From Coriobacteriia bacterium (GTDB lineage: Bacteria; Actinomycetota; Coriobacteriia; WRKU01; WQUG01), in contig WQVN01000002.1 of the NCBI GenBank assembly GCA_009785795.1, positions 8,221-72,220 on the forward strand: 64,000 bases of DNA, written 5' to 3'. The position numbers and the translations under genes are program-made. Below, one piece after another: positions 1 through 9,924 of this stretch (positions within the stretch are counted from its first letter, which is position 1; each line of letters begins with the position of its first letter). A model generated the notes under the pieces. It did not search any database, was not told where the DNA came from, and saw only the letters and a program-made list of their open reading frames with translations.

Positions 1-192
1 GTTGATGTCTATAATCGCCAGCTGACATTAGTTGAACAGCTTGAACAAGAAGGTCGCGCATTAATAATCCGCCCTCAAAAATTGCTGCAGGTTGACCGCA
101 TCAGCTCAGAATCACGCAAGTTACTTGCACTTTATGATGAGGGATACGCTGATGGCACTGCAGCATTGGACGTGCTCTGTAAATTTACTTAG
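1..192 (+). CDS. 3' end of a patatin-like phospholipase family gene (partial, runs off the 5' edge)
   Basis: Open frame from base 1 to stop TAG at 190-192. The tail ...YNRQLTLVEQLEQEGRALIIRPQKLLQVDRISSESRKLLALYDEGYADG... resembles the C-terminal region of bacterial patatin-family proteins. This is recognised from memory, not searched. Confidence 0.4.
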   Translation, partial: VDVYNRQLTLVEQLEQEGRALIIRPQKLLQVDRISSESRKLLALYDEGYADGTAALDVLCKFT

Positions 193-278
193 GACTTTTG
201 AGCGATTTCCCCTATGACTGCAACCTGTCTTTGGCTGCATCGTATAATGATATCTGCTACTAAGATTTGGAGGAAACA

Positions 279-665
279 ATGGAAAAGAAGATTATCAATT
301 CTGAAAAGGCATTTGCGGCAGTTGGACCGTACTCACATTCTGTTGTGCTGAGTGGTGCGCCTACCATGCAGTACACATCTGGACAAATTGGTGCATGCCC
401 CAAGAGCGGAAAGCTGAAGGAGACAGTCGAAGAGCAAACAGTGCAAGCTTTCGCTAATCTGGAAGCAATTTTAAACGAGGCTGGTATGGACTTTGACAAT
501 GTGGTCAAAACCACGGTGTTTTTGAAAAACATGAGCGATTTTGCCGCAGTAAACAAAATTTATGCAGGGTATTTTCCTGCCGATCCGCCTGCCCGCTCAT
601 GCGTAGCTGCTGCGGAATTGCCCCTTGGTGCACTGTTCGAAATCGAAGCAATTGCGGCCAGATAA
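279..665 (+). CDS. ridA: RidA/YjgF/TdcF family reactive-intermediate (enamine/imine) deaminase
   Basis: The protein MEKKIINSEKAFAAVGPYSHSV...TTVFLKNMSDFAAVNKIY...PARSCVAAAELPLGALFEIEAIA is a typical RidA. GGAGG at 269-273 lies 5 nt before ATG 279. The track ORF starts at TTG 267. Confidence 0.85.
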   Translation: MEKKIINSEKAFAAVGPYSHSVVLSGAPTMQYTSGQIGACPKSGKLKETVEEQTVQAFANLEAILNEAGMDFDNVVKTTVFLKNMSDFAAVNKIYAGYFPADPPARSCVAAAELPLGALFEIEAIAAR

Positions 666-759
666 GATGATGAAACTTCACCTTGCAAAGCTACTTGCAG
701 CTTCAAAGAGGGCAAAAGATTAGCAGAGTGTGTCCAGTGATGAACGTACTCTGCTAACT

Positions 760-1164
760 TCATGAGTGATATTGAGCTGCTTCCAGAATAAGGTTCTTGA
801 TTGCTGCGCGAGCGTCTTCAAATTGTTCGAGTGATTTCAGCTTGACATGACGCATGTGTGGGGCGCTTCCCTCAAGAATATTGGTAGGGTCGGGCAGATG
901 CGCACCCATTAAAAAGGTGATTGTCACCCATTTTGTGAATGGAGTGACGGCCATCATTCCCCAGCCATCATAACCAAACTGGCGAGCACCGTATCCAATG
1001 CCTAGATCAACTTGGTCTACGGAATACTGAACGTTTGGCTCAGTTTCTACAATCAGGGCGTGAGCCTCAAGATAGAGTTGTGCGATTGATTCTGGTCTGT
1101 CGTTAGACAGTCTGCGCAAATCGTCATTGGTGGGCATATCAATATGCGGGTGAGTATTTGGCAT
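760..1164 (-). CDS. DUF1801 (YdhG-like) domain protein
   Basis: 134 aa ORF. The central block GIGYGARQFGYDGWGMMAVTPFTKWVTITFLMGAHLPDP and the overall size fit the DUF1801 family. Recognition only. Confidence 0.55.
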   Translation of the reverse strand: MPNTHPHIDMPTNDDLRRLSNDRPESIAQLYLEAHALIVETEPNVQYSVDQVDLGIGYGARQFGYDGWGMMAVTPFTKWVTITFLMGAHLPDPTNILEGSAPHMRHVKLKSLEQFEDARAAIKNLILEAAQYHS

Positions 1165-1356
1165 GCTGAATCCTCCTGTTAAGATATCATGGCGATTATT
1201 ATCTCAGATGTCCGCTTAAAGGATATGATTGATTGCCTCAGGCCAGATACATCAGGATGCCCTTTGTTAATCTGTCTGGGCGTTGCGAGAAGCATGTTAG
1301 AACGCGTTGGCAAGCTGTTAGGCTCAACACAAGAAGTGTAAATGCCTTAAACTTAT

Positions 1357-1767
1357 TTGATGACTTATTATTATCGAGACCCACGACATGACGGTCAGCA
1401 GCAGCGGATAGGCTTGTCTGCAAGAGAAGATGCTTCAGTACGTTCGCGGCGGGGATGTTGGACTACCTTTGCTGTGATGATTGCCATTGTTTTGATTGTT
1501 GCTGCTGTTGCAGTGGCCTTTACCCTGCATACTGCGCGGCAGCTTGAGCAGGAAATATCTGCGAATAGTCCCGCAATTGAGAGTCTGCTTGAAGAACACG
1601 ATATGAACATGCTCGATCTTTTCCTTTTGGGCAGAGAGCTTGAAGGAGCAAGCAGGGAAGAGGTCATTCAGAAAGCAGAAGAGATGGGCATTTCTGAGCA
1701 GGAACTGCGCGAACTTGCCTCAGATAGCGAAGTCCGCGACTTAATTGACCAATTCTTGAGTCGCTAG
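1357..1767 (+). CDS. Hypothetical single-pass membrane protein
   Basis: 136 aa with one hydrophobic helix (TTFAVMIAIVLIVAAVAVAFTL) after a basic N-terminus, and an acidic helical C-terminus. No recognisable family. Confidence 0.4.
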   Translation: MMTYYYRDPRHDGQQQRIGLSAREDASVRSRRGCWTTFAVMIAIVLIVAAVAVAFTLHTARQLEQEISANSPAIESLLEEHDMNMLDLFLLGRELEGASREEVIQKAEEMGISEQELRELASDSEVRDLIDQFLSR

Positions 1768-1769
1768 AG

Positions 1770-2060
1770 ATCAGTGTTGTTACTTGGGCTGAACTGCTTC
1801 AGGGGATGCGCAATAAAGACGAGGTTAGGAACCTGAAGGAGCTCTTTAAGGTCTGGAATGTTGACATACTTCACATCAGCGAAAACATATCCGTCCGTGC
1901 CTTGTTGTTAGTTACTGATTTTGGACTGAGTCATTCGCTTCGTTTGGCTGATGCTCTAATAGCGGCAACAGCGATTGAACATCAACACAAACTAGTGACT
2001 GCAAACGACAAGCACTACCGTTGTGTGCCAATGCTCGACATAAAAACGTTCCGACCCTGA
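1770..2060 (+). pseudogene. 5'-truncated PIN-domain (VapC-like) toxin remnant
   Basis: The frame is open from 1749 and encodes ISVVTWAELLQGMRNKDE...LADALIAATAIEHQHKLVTANDKHYRCVPMLDIKTF, which is the C-terminal two thirds of a PIN nuclease. The N-terminal ~40-45 aa carrying the first catalytic Asp are absent. The fragment abuts the stop of the upstream gene (1765-1767), and there is no antitoxin ORF. Confidence 0.55.
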
Positions 2061-2327
2061 TTAAGGGTTCAGGTAGATTACCGCGCAGAATGCCTAATAT
2101 GCGCGAGACACTGAATTTGAATCAGGATTGTGATGCTGTGTGGGTATTGGACGTGCTCTGCCAGTATACGTTCAAAAAGTGTTACAATTACAAGAGGATT
2201 TAGTAGGTGATTCTGCTGTTGCCTGTTGATGAATGGCATTAGTATTTATGTCCTGCAGTCTGCTTATGACTGTGGGGTTTTGTGTATTTTAGGCGAGACA
2301 AGAGAGATTGTTGGAGGGATTTCAAAG

Positions 2328-4034
2328 GTGGAATTAACTGGCTCTCAAATTTTGATGGAATGCTTGCTGGAACAGGACGTCGATACTGTCTTTGGTTATC
2401 CTGGTGGAGCAATCATGCCCGTGTACGATGCGCTCTACTCCTATTCAGACAAAATCAAGCATGTTCTGACTGCGCATGAACAGGGCGCTTCTCATGCGGC
2501 TGACGGCTACGCACGTAGCTCAGGTCGCGTGGGCGTTTGCCTTGCAACATCTGGACCTGGTGCTACCAATCTGGTTACGGGTATTGCAACTGCTCATATG
2601 GACTCGTCTCCTGTTGTCTTTATTACCTGCAACGTAAATGAGCCGCTTATTGGACGCGACTCTTTTCAAGAGGTAGACATCGTTGGCATTGCGATGCCCA
2701 TTACAAAGTGTGCATATTTAGTGCGTGACGTGGACAACCTTGCAGACATTGTGCGCGAAGCCTTTGCGATTGCGCGTGGCGGTAGGCCAGGACCGGTGCT
2801 GATTGACATAATGCGCAATGTGACGCTTGACACTGCGGATTACACGCCCCTGCCGCGAGAAGAACATCCAGCTTCTGGACGTTTGGGTGCCTTGATTCGC
2901 CGTGCCTCACATGACCTAAAAGCACCAGAACCAAACGTAGAAGATGTTGACCATCTGATTGATATGATTGCTGATGCTAAAAAGCCGCTCGTTATCTGTG
3001 GCGGTGGGGTAGTGCGCGGACGTGCAGACGCGGAGTTCAAGACCTTTGTTGAGCGCATTGACTCACCTGTTGCCATTACTATCATGGGTGGCGGAGGATT
3101 CCCAGGGCGAAATCCGCTTACCACTGGGATGATAGGTATGCACGGAACACAGGCCTCAAACCATGCGGTTGATCGCTGTGATTTGCTGATTGCCGTTGGC
3201 TGCAGGTTCAGTGACCGTGTAGGATTGCAGTTTGCAACGTTTGCACAAAATGCAAAAATCGTGCAAATTGACATTGATCGTTCCGAGATTGATAAAAACG
3301 TAAAGACAGATCATCACATCATTGGGGACGCAAAGAAGGTTCTTGCGCTGCTCAATGAAAAAGTGCCTCAATATAAGCATCCAGAGTGGAAAAAAGAAGT
3401 TTTTTCGTTCCCTGCAGAGACCGAATATGACGACTCAGATGATACGCTGACACCAAAGCAGGTACTGACCTCAATTGCAGAAATATTGCCAGATGACACT
3501 ATCGTATCAACAGATGTTGGGCAGCATCAAATGTGGGCGATTCAGCACTTCCGTTTTGACTATCCAGGTCAGCTGTTAACCTCTGGTGGATTTGGGGCGA
3601 TGGGCTTTGGACTAGGTGCAGCCATTGGTGCAAAGGCTGCTAATCCCGATAAAGTTGTGCTGCATATTACCGGTGACGGATCGTTTCGCATGAACAGCCA
3701 CGAGATGGCGACAGAGGAACACTACAAGCTACCAGTGATTACTTGCATCTTGAACAACGGTACTTTGGGCATGGTACGTCAGTGGCAGCATTTGATTTTT
3801 GACGAGCGCTATTCGCAAACAACGCTTGATCGTGGCCCCGACTTTGTAAGCCTTGCCAATGCATATGGGTTGCCTGGCCGTCGCGTTACTAACGTAGAAG
3901 AATTAGAATCTGCTCTTAGTGAGGCGGTCCAGTCAAAGACAGGCTTTGTTATTGATTGCGCTATTGACAGTGATGAAATGGCACGCCCCATGATTAGCGC
4001 AGGCTCACACATTACGAATTTCCTCCTAGACTAG
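2328..4034 (+). CDS. ilvB: Acetolactate synthase (acetohydroxyacid synthase) large subunit
   Basis: ThDP-enzyme signatures are present: TGSQILMECLLEQDVDTVFGYPGGAIMPVYDAL, GPGATNLVTGIATAHMDSSPVV, GDGSFRMN. The likely start is GTG 2328, with GGAGG at 2313-2317. The track ORF extends upstream to 2226. Confidence 0.9.
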   Translation: MELTGSQILMECLLEQDVDTVFGYPGGAIMPVYDALYSYSDKIKHVLTAHEQGASHAADGYARSSGRVGVCLATSGPGATNLVTGIATAHMDSSPVVFITCNVNEPLIGRDSFQEVDIVGIAMPITKCAYLVRDVDNLADIVREAFAIARGGRPGPVLIDIMRNVTLDTADYTPLPREEHPASGRLGALIRRASHDLKAPEPNVEDVDHLIDMIADAKKPLVICGGGVVRGRADAEFKTFVERIDSPVAITIMGGGGFPGRNPLTTGMIGMHGTQASNHAVDRCDLLIAVGCRFSDRVGLQFATFAQNAKIVQIDIDRSEIDKNVKTDHHIIGDAKKVLALLNEKVPQYKHPEWKKEVFSFPAETEYDDSDDTLTPKQVLTSIAEILPDDTIVSTDVGQHQMWAIQHFRFDYPGQLLTSGGFGAMGFGLGAAIGAKAANPDKVVLHITGDGSFRMNSHEMATEEHYKLPVITCILNNGTLGMVRQWQHLIFDERYSQTTLDRGPDFVSLANAYGLPGRRVTNVEELESALSEAVQSKTGFVIDCAIDSDEMARPMISAGSHITNFLLD

Positions 4035-4101
4035 CCCTTCTAGATTAGAAGCAGGCTAACGACCAACTTATCTTAAGCAGATAGCAGAAAGGCACATCGC
4101 A

Positions 4102-4653
4102 ATGAGCGACATAAAGCGCCACACTTTGGCGATACAAGTAGATAATGAAGCAGGAGTCCTGTCACAAGTCTCACGACTCTTTTCGCGCAAGGGCTACAAC
4201 ATTGAGTCCCTCGCGGTAGGACCAACAGATATTCCATCCATTTCGCGCATTACTATCGAGGTGTTGACAGATGATCAACATGCGACACTTTTGTGCAATC
4301 AGTTGCGCAAGCTTTTGCCGGTTCACTCAGTCAAAATGCTAGAGACGACAAAGACGCTTCGCAGAGAACTAGTGCTGATTAAGGTACGTGCGACGACAAG
4401 TGATGTGCGTAACGAGATTATTCAGATTGCAAACATCTTTAGAGGATCTATTGTTGACGTATCGTCTGACACGCTTACTTTATCGCTAATCGGAGAAGAA
4501 GAAAAAACAGAAGCAGCACAGGCACTGCTTCGTGAATTTGGCATTATCGAACTAGTGCGCACGGGCATGATTGCACTAGAACGTGGGCACTATACAATTG
4601 ACGAAAATACAAAGGAAAAAGGAGAATTCGATTATGGCAAACATGTTTTATGA
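4102..4653 (+). CDS. ilvN: Acetolactate synthase small (regulatory) subunit
   Basis: ACT-domain N-terminus ([36 protein letters not shown]). The gene lies directly after ilvB. Confidence 0.9.
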   Translation: MSDIKRHTLAIQVDNEAGVLSQVSRLFSRKGYNIESLAVGPTDIPSISRITIEVLTDDQHATLLCNQLRKLLPVHSVKMLETTKTLRRELVLIKVRATTSDVRNEIIQIANIFRGSIVDVSSDTLTLSLIGEEEKTEAAQALLREFGIIELVRTGMIALERGHYTIDENTKEKGEFDYGKHVL

Positions 4654-5653
4654 GAAGGACTGTGATATCAAGATCCTGGATGGCAAAACCGTTGCGATTA
4701 TTGGCTATGGTTCGCAAGGTCATGCCCACGCTTTGAACCTGCGTGATTCTGGCGTAAACGTTATAGTGGCGGGACGCCCAGGTGGCAAAGGCTGGGTCGC
4801 AGCAGAAGCTGATGGATTCTCTGTCATGACAGCAGCAGAAGCAGCCAAGGCTGGAGACATCATAATGCTTCTTGTGAGCGACGAACAGCAAGCCGCAGTC
4901 TATGAAACCGATATTGCCCCAAACCTTACAGCGGGGAAAGCACTTGCCTTTGCACATGGATTCAATATTCGCTACGAGCAAATCGTGCCCCCTGCAGAAA
5001 TAGACGTCTTTCTGGCAGCACCAAAAGGGCCCGGTCACACCGTTCGTGGTCAGTTTGTCGCAGGAAAAGGTGTGCCTAGCCTTGTTGCAGTTCATCAGGA
5101 TGCCACAGGTAACGCTCTTGACATAGCTCTTGCCTATATCGCAGGAATCGGTGGTGCTAGGGCAGGAATCTTAGAAACTAACTTTACTGAAGAAACAGAG
5201 ACTGACCTCTTTGGCGAGCAAACGGTTCTTTGTGGTGGAGTTGTAGACCTTATGCGCTGCGGCTTTGAAGTCTTGACAGAAGCAGGGTACTCGCCAGAAA
5301 GTGCCTATTTTGAGGTATTGCATGAACTAAAGCTGATTATTGACCTAGTGAATAAGGCTGGTATTTCAGGAATGAACTATTCGATTTCTGACACTGCCGA
5401 ATATGGTGAGTATGTTTCTGGGCCACGTGTATTGCCCGCAGAAGAAACAAAGGCGCGTATGCGCGAAGTTTTGGCTGACATCCAAGATGGCACCTTTGCC
5501 CATAATTGGATTGAAGAAAACAAAAATGGACGCCCTTTCTTTAATGCCCAGCGTGCAGAACTAGACAATCATCCTATGGAGGTTGTTGGACGCGAATTGC
5601 GCAAGAACATGCTTTGGCAAGATGATGACAATTTGGATACTGCATCCAATTAG
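4634..5653 (+). CDS. ilvC: Ketol-acid reductoisomerase (NADP+)
   Basis: [40 protein letters not shown] is the classic class I KARI N-terminus. AAAGGAG lies 10 nt upstream of ATG 4634. The gene overlaps the ilvN end by 20 nt. Confidence 0.95.
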   Translation: MANMFYEKDCDIKILDGKTVAIIGYGSQGHAHALNLRDSGVNVIVAGRPGGKGWVAAEADGFSVMTAAEAAKAGDIIMLLVSDEQQAAVYETDIAPNLTAGKALAFAHGFNIRYEQIVPPAEIDVFLAAPKGPGHTVRGQFVAGKGVPSLVAVHQDATGNALDIALAYIAGIGGARAGILETNFTEETETDLFGEQTVLCGGVVDLMRCGFEVLTEAGYSPESAYFEVLHELKLIIDLVNKAGISGMNYSISDTAEYGEYVSGPRVLPAEETKARMREVLADIQDGTFAHNWIEENKNGRPFFNAQRAELDNHPMEVVGRELRKNMLWQDDDNLDTASN

Positions 5654-5681
5654 CAAGAGAACCAATTAACAGGAGAAGTTT

Positions 5682-7352
5682 ATGCGTTCAGACCAGATAA
5701 AAAAGGGTGTAGAACGTGCACCCCACCGCAGCCTACTCTATGCCTTGGGCTTAACTGACGAGGAGCTGTCCAGACCACTTATTGGCATCGTCAATTCCCA
5801 CAATGAGATTGTGCCAGGACATACGCATCTCGACAAAATTACAGAAGCCGTTAAAGCAGGCGTTTTGGCAGCGGGGGGTACTCCACTTGCGTTTCCCGCC
5901 ATTGCAATGTGCGATGGGATTGCGATGGGGCATGTGGGCATGCACTATTCGCTTGTTACGCGCGATCTTATCTGTGACTCGACTGAAGCAGTGGCGATGG
6001 CACATGCCTTCGATGGGCTTGTGATGATTCCCAACTGTGATAAAAACGTGCCTGGCCTACTTATGGCAGCAGCACGAGTAAACATTCCCACTATTTTCTG
6101 TGCAGGCGGCCCTATGCTTGCAGGCACAATGAAGAATGCAGACAGAACGTGCCTAAGCGACATGTTTGAGGTTATTGGAGCCTATCACGCAGGCACAATG
6201 GATAAGGAAGCGGTACAGGAATACGCGATAAGCGCCTGTCCCACCTGCGGCTCTTGTGCGGGAATGTATACGGCAAATTCCATGAATTGTTTGTCAGAAG
6301 CCATTGGTATGGCACTTCCAGGGAACGGAACGATTCCCGCAGTCCATTCCGCACGCCTGCGCCTAGCAAAGCAGACGGGTGCTCAGATGATGGAGCTTAT
6401 CAAGCGCGACATTAAGCCACGCGACATCATGACACCTGCTACCTTTGCAAATGCCATGGCAGTGGATATGGCATTGGGCTGTTCAACTAACACAATTTTG
6501 CATTTGCCTGCGATTGCAAATGAAGCACAGGTGCCACTCACGCTTGATGACGTGCACAGAATTAGCGCTGAAACGCCCAACCTCTGTCGTCTTGCACCTG
6601 CAGGACCAATCTTCATAGAAGATCTCGACATGGCAGGTGGCGTACACGCAGTAATGAAAGAACTCACAAAGCGTGACCTGTTGGATACTTCGAACATGAC
6701 GGTAACGGGTAAGACTTTGGCAGAAAATCTTGAAGCTGTAAAAGAGCTCGACCCTGTTGACCATGAGGTCATTAGACCTGCAGAAAATCCCTATTCAGAA
6801 TCTGGTGGCATTGCAGTGCTGCGCGGCAACCTTGCGGTTGATGGATGCGTAGTCAAGCAATCAGCTGTTGCGCCAGAGATGATGCAACATCAAGGACCTG
6901 CGCGAGTCTTCGATTCTGAAGAAGCAGTTACAGAGGCAATTTTTGATGGCAAGATCAAAAAAGGTGACGTGGTAGTTGTGCGCTATGAGGGGCCAAAAGG
7001 CGGCCCTGGCATGAAAGAGATGCTCACTCCTACTGCCTCAATTAGTGGCATGGGTCTGGGCGAGCATGTCGCGCTTATAACGGACGGTCGTTTTTCTGGA
7101 GCAACTCGTGGTGCAGCTATAGGTCATGTAAGCCCAGAAGCGATGGAGGGTGGTACCATAGCCCTTGTAGAAGAGGGTGACCAGATTGCTATTGACATTG
7201 CGAACAGTAGCATTGAATTGCTGGCTTCAGATGAAGAGCTCGCAAAGCGTCGCGATGTGTGGACAGCTCCCGAGCCAAAAATCAAACATGGCTATCTGGC
7301 ACGTTATGCAAAACTGGTAAGCTCTGCTGATAAAGGTGCGATTTTGCCATAG
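5682..7352 (+). CDS. ilvD: Dihydroxy-acid dehydratase
   Basis: [19 protein letters not shown]..., [15 protein letters not shown] and [15 protein letters not shown] are IlvD/Edd family hallmarks. Confidence 0.95.
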   Translation: MRSDQIKKGVERAPHRSLLYALGLTDEELSRPLIGIVNSHNEIVPGHTHLDKITEAVKAGVLAAGGTPLAFPAIAMCDGIAMGHVGMHYSLVTRDLICDSTEAVAMAHAFDGLVMIPNCDKNVPGLLMAAARVNIPTIFCAGGPMLAGTMKNADRTCLSDMFEVIGAYHAGTMDKEAVQEYAISACPTCGSCAGMYTANSMNCLSEAIGMALPGNGTIPAVHSARLRLAKQTGAQMMELIKRDIKPRDIMTPATFANAMAVDMALGCSTNTILHLPAIANEAQVPLTLDDVHRISAETPNLCRLAPAGPIFIEDLDMAGGVHAVMKELTKRDLLDTSNMTVTGKTLAENLEAVKELDPVDHEVIRPAENPYSESGGIAVLRGNLAVDGCVVKQSAVAPEMMQHQGPARVFDSEEAVTEAIFDGKIKKGDVVVVRYEGPKGGPGMKEMLTPTASISGMGLGEHVALITDGRFSGATRGAAIGHVSPEAMEGGTIALVEEGDQIAIDIANSSIELLASDEELAKRRDVWTAPEPKIKHGYLARYAKLVSSADKGAILP

Positions 7353-7369
7353 CCGTGGCTAGCTGAAAG

Positions 7370-8602
7370 ATGATGGGTGATATGATTACGCTGGACAAAG
7401 TCTATCATGCTGTTGATGTCTTGAAGGATGTCGCCAGACGAACAGATTTGATTGATGCTCCAAATCTGGGTACAGATGCACAGCTTTATCTAAAGACGGA
7501 AAATTTGCAGCTGACGGGCAGCTTTAAGCTGCGTGGTGCATATTACAAAATCAGTCAGCTGACTGACGAGCAGAAAAAAGCAGGTATTATTGCCTGTTCT
7601 GCAGGCAATCATGCGCAAGGAGTTGCTCTTGCAGCAGCAGAGATGGATATTTCCTGCGTGATCTGCATGCCTGATGGTGCGCCTATCAGCAAAGTAGAGG
7701 CGACTAAAAAATTGGGTGCAGATGTAGTTGATGTCGTGCTTGTGCCTGGCACCTATGACGATGCCCACGCCCATGCTCTTGCTCTACAAAAAGAATCAGG
7801 AGCAACCTTCATTCATCCCTTTAACGATGATGCAGTGATAGAGGGACAAAGCACCATCGGACTTGAAATCTTAGAACAACTTGCAGATCTCGACGCAATC
7901 GTTGTTCCTGTTGGCGGCGGCGGTCTGATTGCAGGAATTGCCTATGTGATGAAACACCTCAAGCCAGATGTTAAGATTTATGGCGTGCAGGCAGAAAAGG
8001 CATCATGCATGTTTGAAAGCTTGGCATGTGGCGAGGTGGTAACTTTAGACACAGCTGCTACCTTTGCTGACGGAATTGCCGTAAAGACGCCAGGAGCAAA
8101 AACACTGGAGATGACACAGGAATATGTCGATGAGATTGTTACCGTAAGTGAGGATCAGATAGCAGCTGCAATACTGGCGCTGGTGGAAAAAGAAAAGCTC
8201 ATCGCAGAGGGAGCAGGCGCAGCAAGTGTTGCGGCAGTTATGTTTGATAAGCTGCCCATCAAAGGAAAAAAAGTTGTCTGCATAGTATCGGGCGGCAATA
8301 TTGATGTAAATATTCTGTCCCGCGTAATTACGCGCGGTCTTGTTACCGGTGGCAGAAATGCTACTTTGCAGATTGCGCTCGAAGATAAACCAGGACAACT
8401 GGTGGGCGTTAGCAGCATTATCTCGAAATGTGGGGGCAACGTCGTAAACGTTCGGTATTCAGGCTCTGATCCTAATATCGCGATTACAAGCTGCTATTTG
8501 ACCATAGGTCTCGAGACCAGAGACTTTGAGCAGATCGAAGAAATCAAAGAAGCACTCACATCAGCGGGCTTTCATCTAGTTTCCGCCCGAAATGGTACAT
8601 AG
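7370..8602 (+). CDS. ilvA: Threonine ammonia-lyase (threonine dehydratase), short form with one ACT-like domain
   Basis: PLP-lysine motif LQLTGSFKLRGA and SAGNHAQGVA, with GGGGL in the fold. The C-terminal ~80 aa look like an ACT-like regulatory domain. The start could be 7370, 7373 or 7382. Confidence 0.85.
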   Translation: MMGDMITLDKVYHAVDVLKDVARRTDLIDAPNLGTDAQLYLKTENLQLTGSFKLRGAYYKISQLTDEQKKAGIIACSAGNHAQGVALAAAEMDISCVICMPDGAPISKVEATKKLGADVVDVVLVPGTYDDAHAHALALQKESGATFIHPFNDDAVIEGQSTIGLEILEQLADLDAIVVPVGGGGLIAGIAYVMKHLKPDVKIYGVQAEKASCMFESLACGEVVTLDTAATFADGIAVKTPGAKTLEMTQEYVDEIVTVSEDQIAAAILALVEKEKLIAEGAGAASVAAVMFDKLPIKGKKVVCIVSGGNIDVNILSRVITRGLVTGGRNATLQIALEDKPGQLVGVSSIISKCGGNVVNVRYSGSDPNIAITSCYLTIGLETRDFEQIEEIKEALTSAGFHLVSARNGT

Positions 8603-8616
8603 CAAGCAGAAACATT

Positions 8617-9669
8617 TTGATTAAATACTTGGGATCAAAAAGAACCCTAGTTCCTGTACTTGGAGCCATTGCACAGACTTCTCAAGCAAAGACTGCTCTG
8701 GACTTGTTTACAGGAACGACTCGTGTTGCACAAGAATACAAAAAGCAGGGACTTGAAGTTACGGCAGTAGATATTGCAAGCTATTCTAAGGTACTTGCAC
8801 AGACCTATATCGAGACTGACGCGCGTGATATTGATATTGCAGAGCTAGAAAAGATCAAACAGTATCTGATGTCGCTTCCGGGACATGCAGGCTATTTCAC
8901 AAAAGCATTTTGCGAGGACTCCCATTTCTTTCAGCCAAAAAACGGGATGCGTATTGACAGCATGCGCAATGCGATTGAGGAAGAATTTTCAGAACATCCC
9001 TTCTATCCTGTCTTGCTGACCACGCTGATGCTTGCAGCTGACAGAGTTGATTCAACGACTGGCGTGCAAATGGCATATCTTAAGCAGTGGGCTGCTCGTG
9101 CACATAATGACATAGAGTTGCGAATTCCTGAACTGTTGCCAGGAAAAGGACATGCTCGCCTAGGAGATGCGACAGAGCTCGCAAAAGAACTAGGACGCTT
9201 TGATCTAGCATACTTGGATCCACCCTATAATCAGCACCGTTATTACACGAACTATCACATTTGGGAGACCCTGGTACGCTGGGATGCTCCTGAATATTAC
9301 GGAAAGGCATGCAAGCGGATTGACGCACGTGATGATGTTACAAAAAGCTCGTTCAATTCAAAAAGGGCAATGCCAGAGACATTCAGAGAAACAATTGAAA
9401 ATGTTGATGCTGAAATCATGGTTATTTCTTACAATAATGAATCCTGGGTCAGTGCAGATGATATCAAAGAGTGGCTAAAGCAGATGGGTTACGGGCGTGT
9501 TGCAGTCTTTGATTATGACTTCAAGCGCTATGTGGGTGCGCAAATTGGCATTTTCAATTTCAGTGGTGAAAGAGTGGGGGATATAAGCCATACGCGCAAT
9601 GTTGAGCACGTCATCATTGCTGGTCCAGAAGAAAAGATATCACGCATCGAGAGCGAGCTTGTAGCTTAG
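8617..9669 (+). CDS. N6-adenine DNA methyltransferase, D12 (Dam/T4 Dam-like) class, orphan
   Basis: The N-terminus IKYLGSKRTLVPVL is followed by the AdoMet motif DLFTGTTRV (compare T4 Dam YTGNK...DLFCGG). The catalytic DPPY is at aa 201-204 (nt 9217-9228). The TTG start is 14 nt after the ilvA stop, and there is no adjacent endonuclease ORF. Confidence 0.8.
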   Translation: MIKYLGSKRTLVPVLGAIAQTSQAKTALDLFTGTTRVAQEYKKQGLEVTAVDIASYSKVLAQTYIETDARDIDIAELEKIKQYLMSLPGHAGYFTKAFCEDSHFFQPKNGMRIDSMRNAIEEEFSEHPFYPVLLTTLMLAADRVDSTTGVQMAYLKQWAARAHNDIELRIPELLPGKGHARLGDATELAKELGRFDLAYLDPPYNQHRYYTNYHIWETLVRWDAPEYYGKACKRIDARDDVTKSSFNSKRAMPETFRETIENVDAEIMVISYNNESWVSADDIKEWLKQMGYGRVAVFDYDFKRYVGAQIGIFNFSGERVGDISHTRNVEHVIIAGPEEKISRIESELVA

Positions 9670-9870
9670 TGGGGCTAAGCAAAAACTACTTCCACTTGAA
9701 CCGTTCCAGCTTGATTAAGAGTCGATGTTCGAGAATTCTTGCTAGATAAATTTGTCAATTGTGTCAATCGGCGTTTTTTTGATTGCAATGTATTGGGCTT
9801 GTCGGCACAATAGAAAAATGCAGGTATCGGTGGTGATACAATCCCCTGTCACCGATGATACGGTTGAGTA

Positions 9871-9902
9871 GAAAGTGCGACGGTAGAAACCATCGCACTT
9901 TC
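9871..9902. terminator. Hairpin between convergent genes (putative bidirectional terminator)
   Basis: GAAAGTGCGA (9871-9880) pairs perfectly with TCGCACTTTC (9893-9902) around a 12 nt loop. A second hairpin lies at about 9832-9860 (GTATCGGTG...CACCGAT.GATAC). Confidence 0.5.
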
Positions 9903-9924
9903 ACTTGTTTATGCAGTGATTATC

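Noticed and set aside
2071-2106. A T-box-like string (GGTAGATTACCGCGC) plus a CGCGCA...TGCGCG hairpin in the ilvB leader.
   Set aside because: It matches the T-box consensus (GGGTGGTACCGCG) poorly. No U-run follows the hairpin. There is no room for Stem I or a specifier loop, because the PIN remnant occupies the upstream sequence.
165-2160. An identical 15-mer ATTGGACGTGCTCTG at 165-179 (end of the patatin-like gene, encoding LDVLC) and at 2146-2160 (end of ORF 2021..2203, also LDVLC). This could suggest a duplicated gene end flanking an inserted 2 kb patch.
   Set aside because: A rough expectation for exact 15-mers in a 64 kb window counting both strands is on the order of a few by chance. 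Similarity outside the core is weak. The evidence is insufficient to claim a duplication or insertion boundary.
2226-2327. An Ile/Val/Leu-containing upstream extension of the ilvB ORF (MMNGISIYVLQSAYDCGVLCIL...), considered as a possible attenuation leader peptide.
   Set aside because: It is in frame with ilvB with no intervening stop, so it is not a separate leader ORF. Homology to IlvB begins at the GTG 2328 region, which has its own GGAGG. The extension is most likely just untranslated leader.
4544-5095. A 183 aa minus-strand ORF. Similar long antisense ORFs lie at 10732..11205, 11245..11730, 20205..20747, 35429..35926 and 42813..43394.
   Set aside because: All lie antisense within strongly supported conserved genes (ilvC, plsX, tsaD, the P60 coiled coil, ppaC). 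They lack motifs and an RBS, so I treat them as shadow ORFs.
9751-9775. A direct repeat TTGTCAAT TGTGTCAAT in the spacer after the methylase gene.
   Set aside because: It is very short, occurs once, and has no associated ORF or second copy. It cannot be distinguished from chance.
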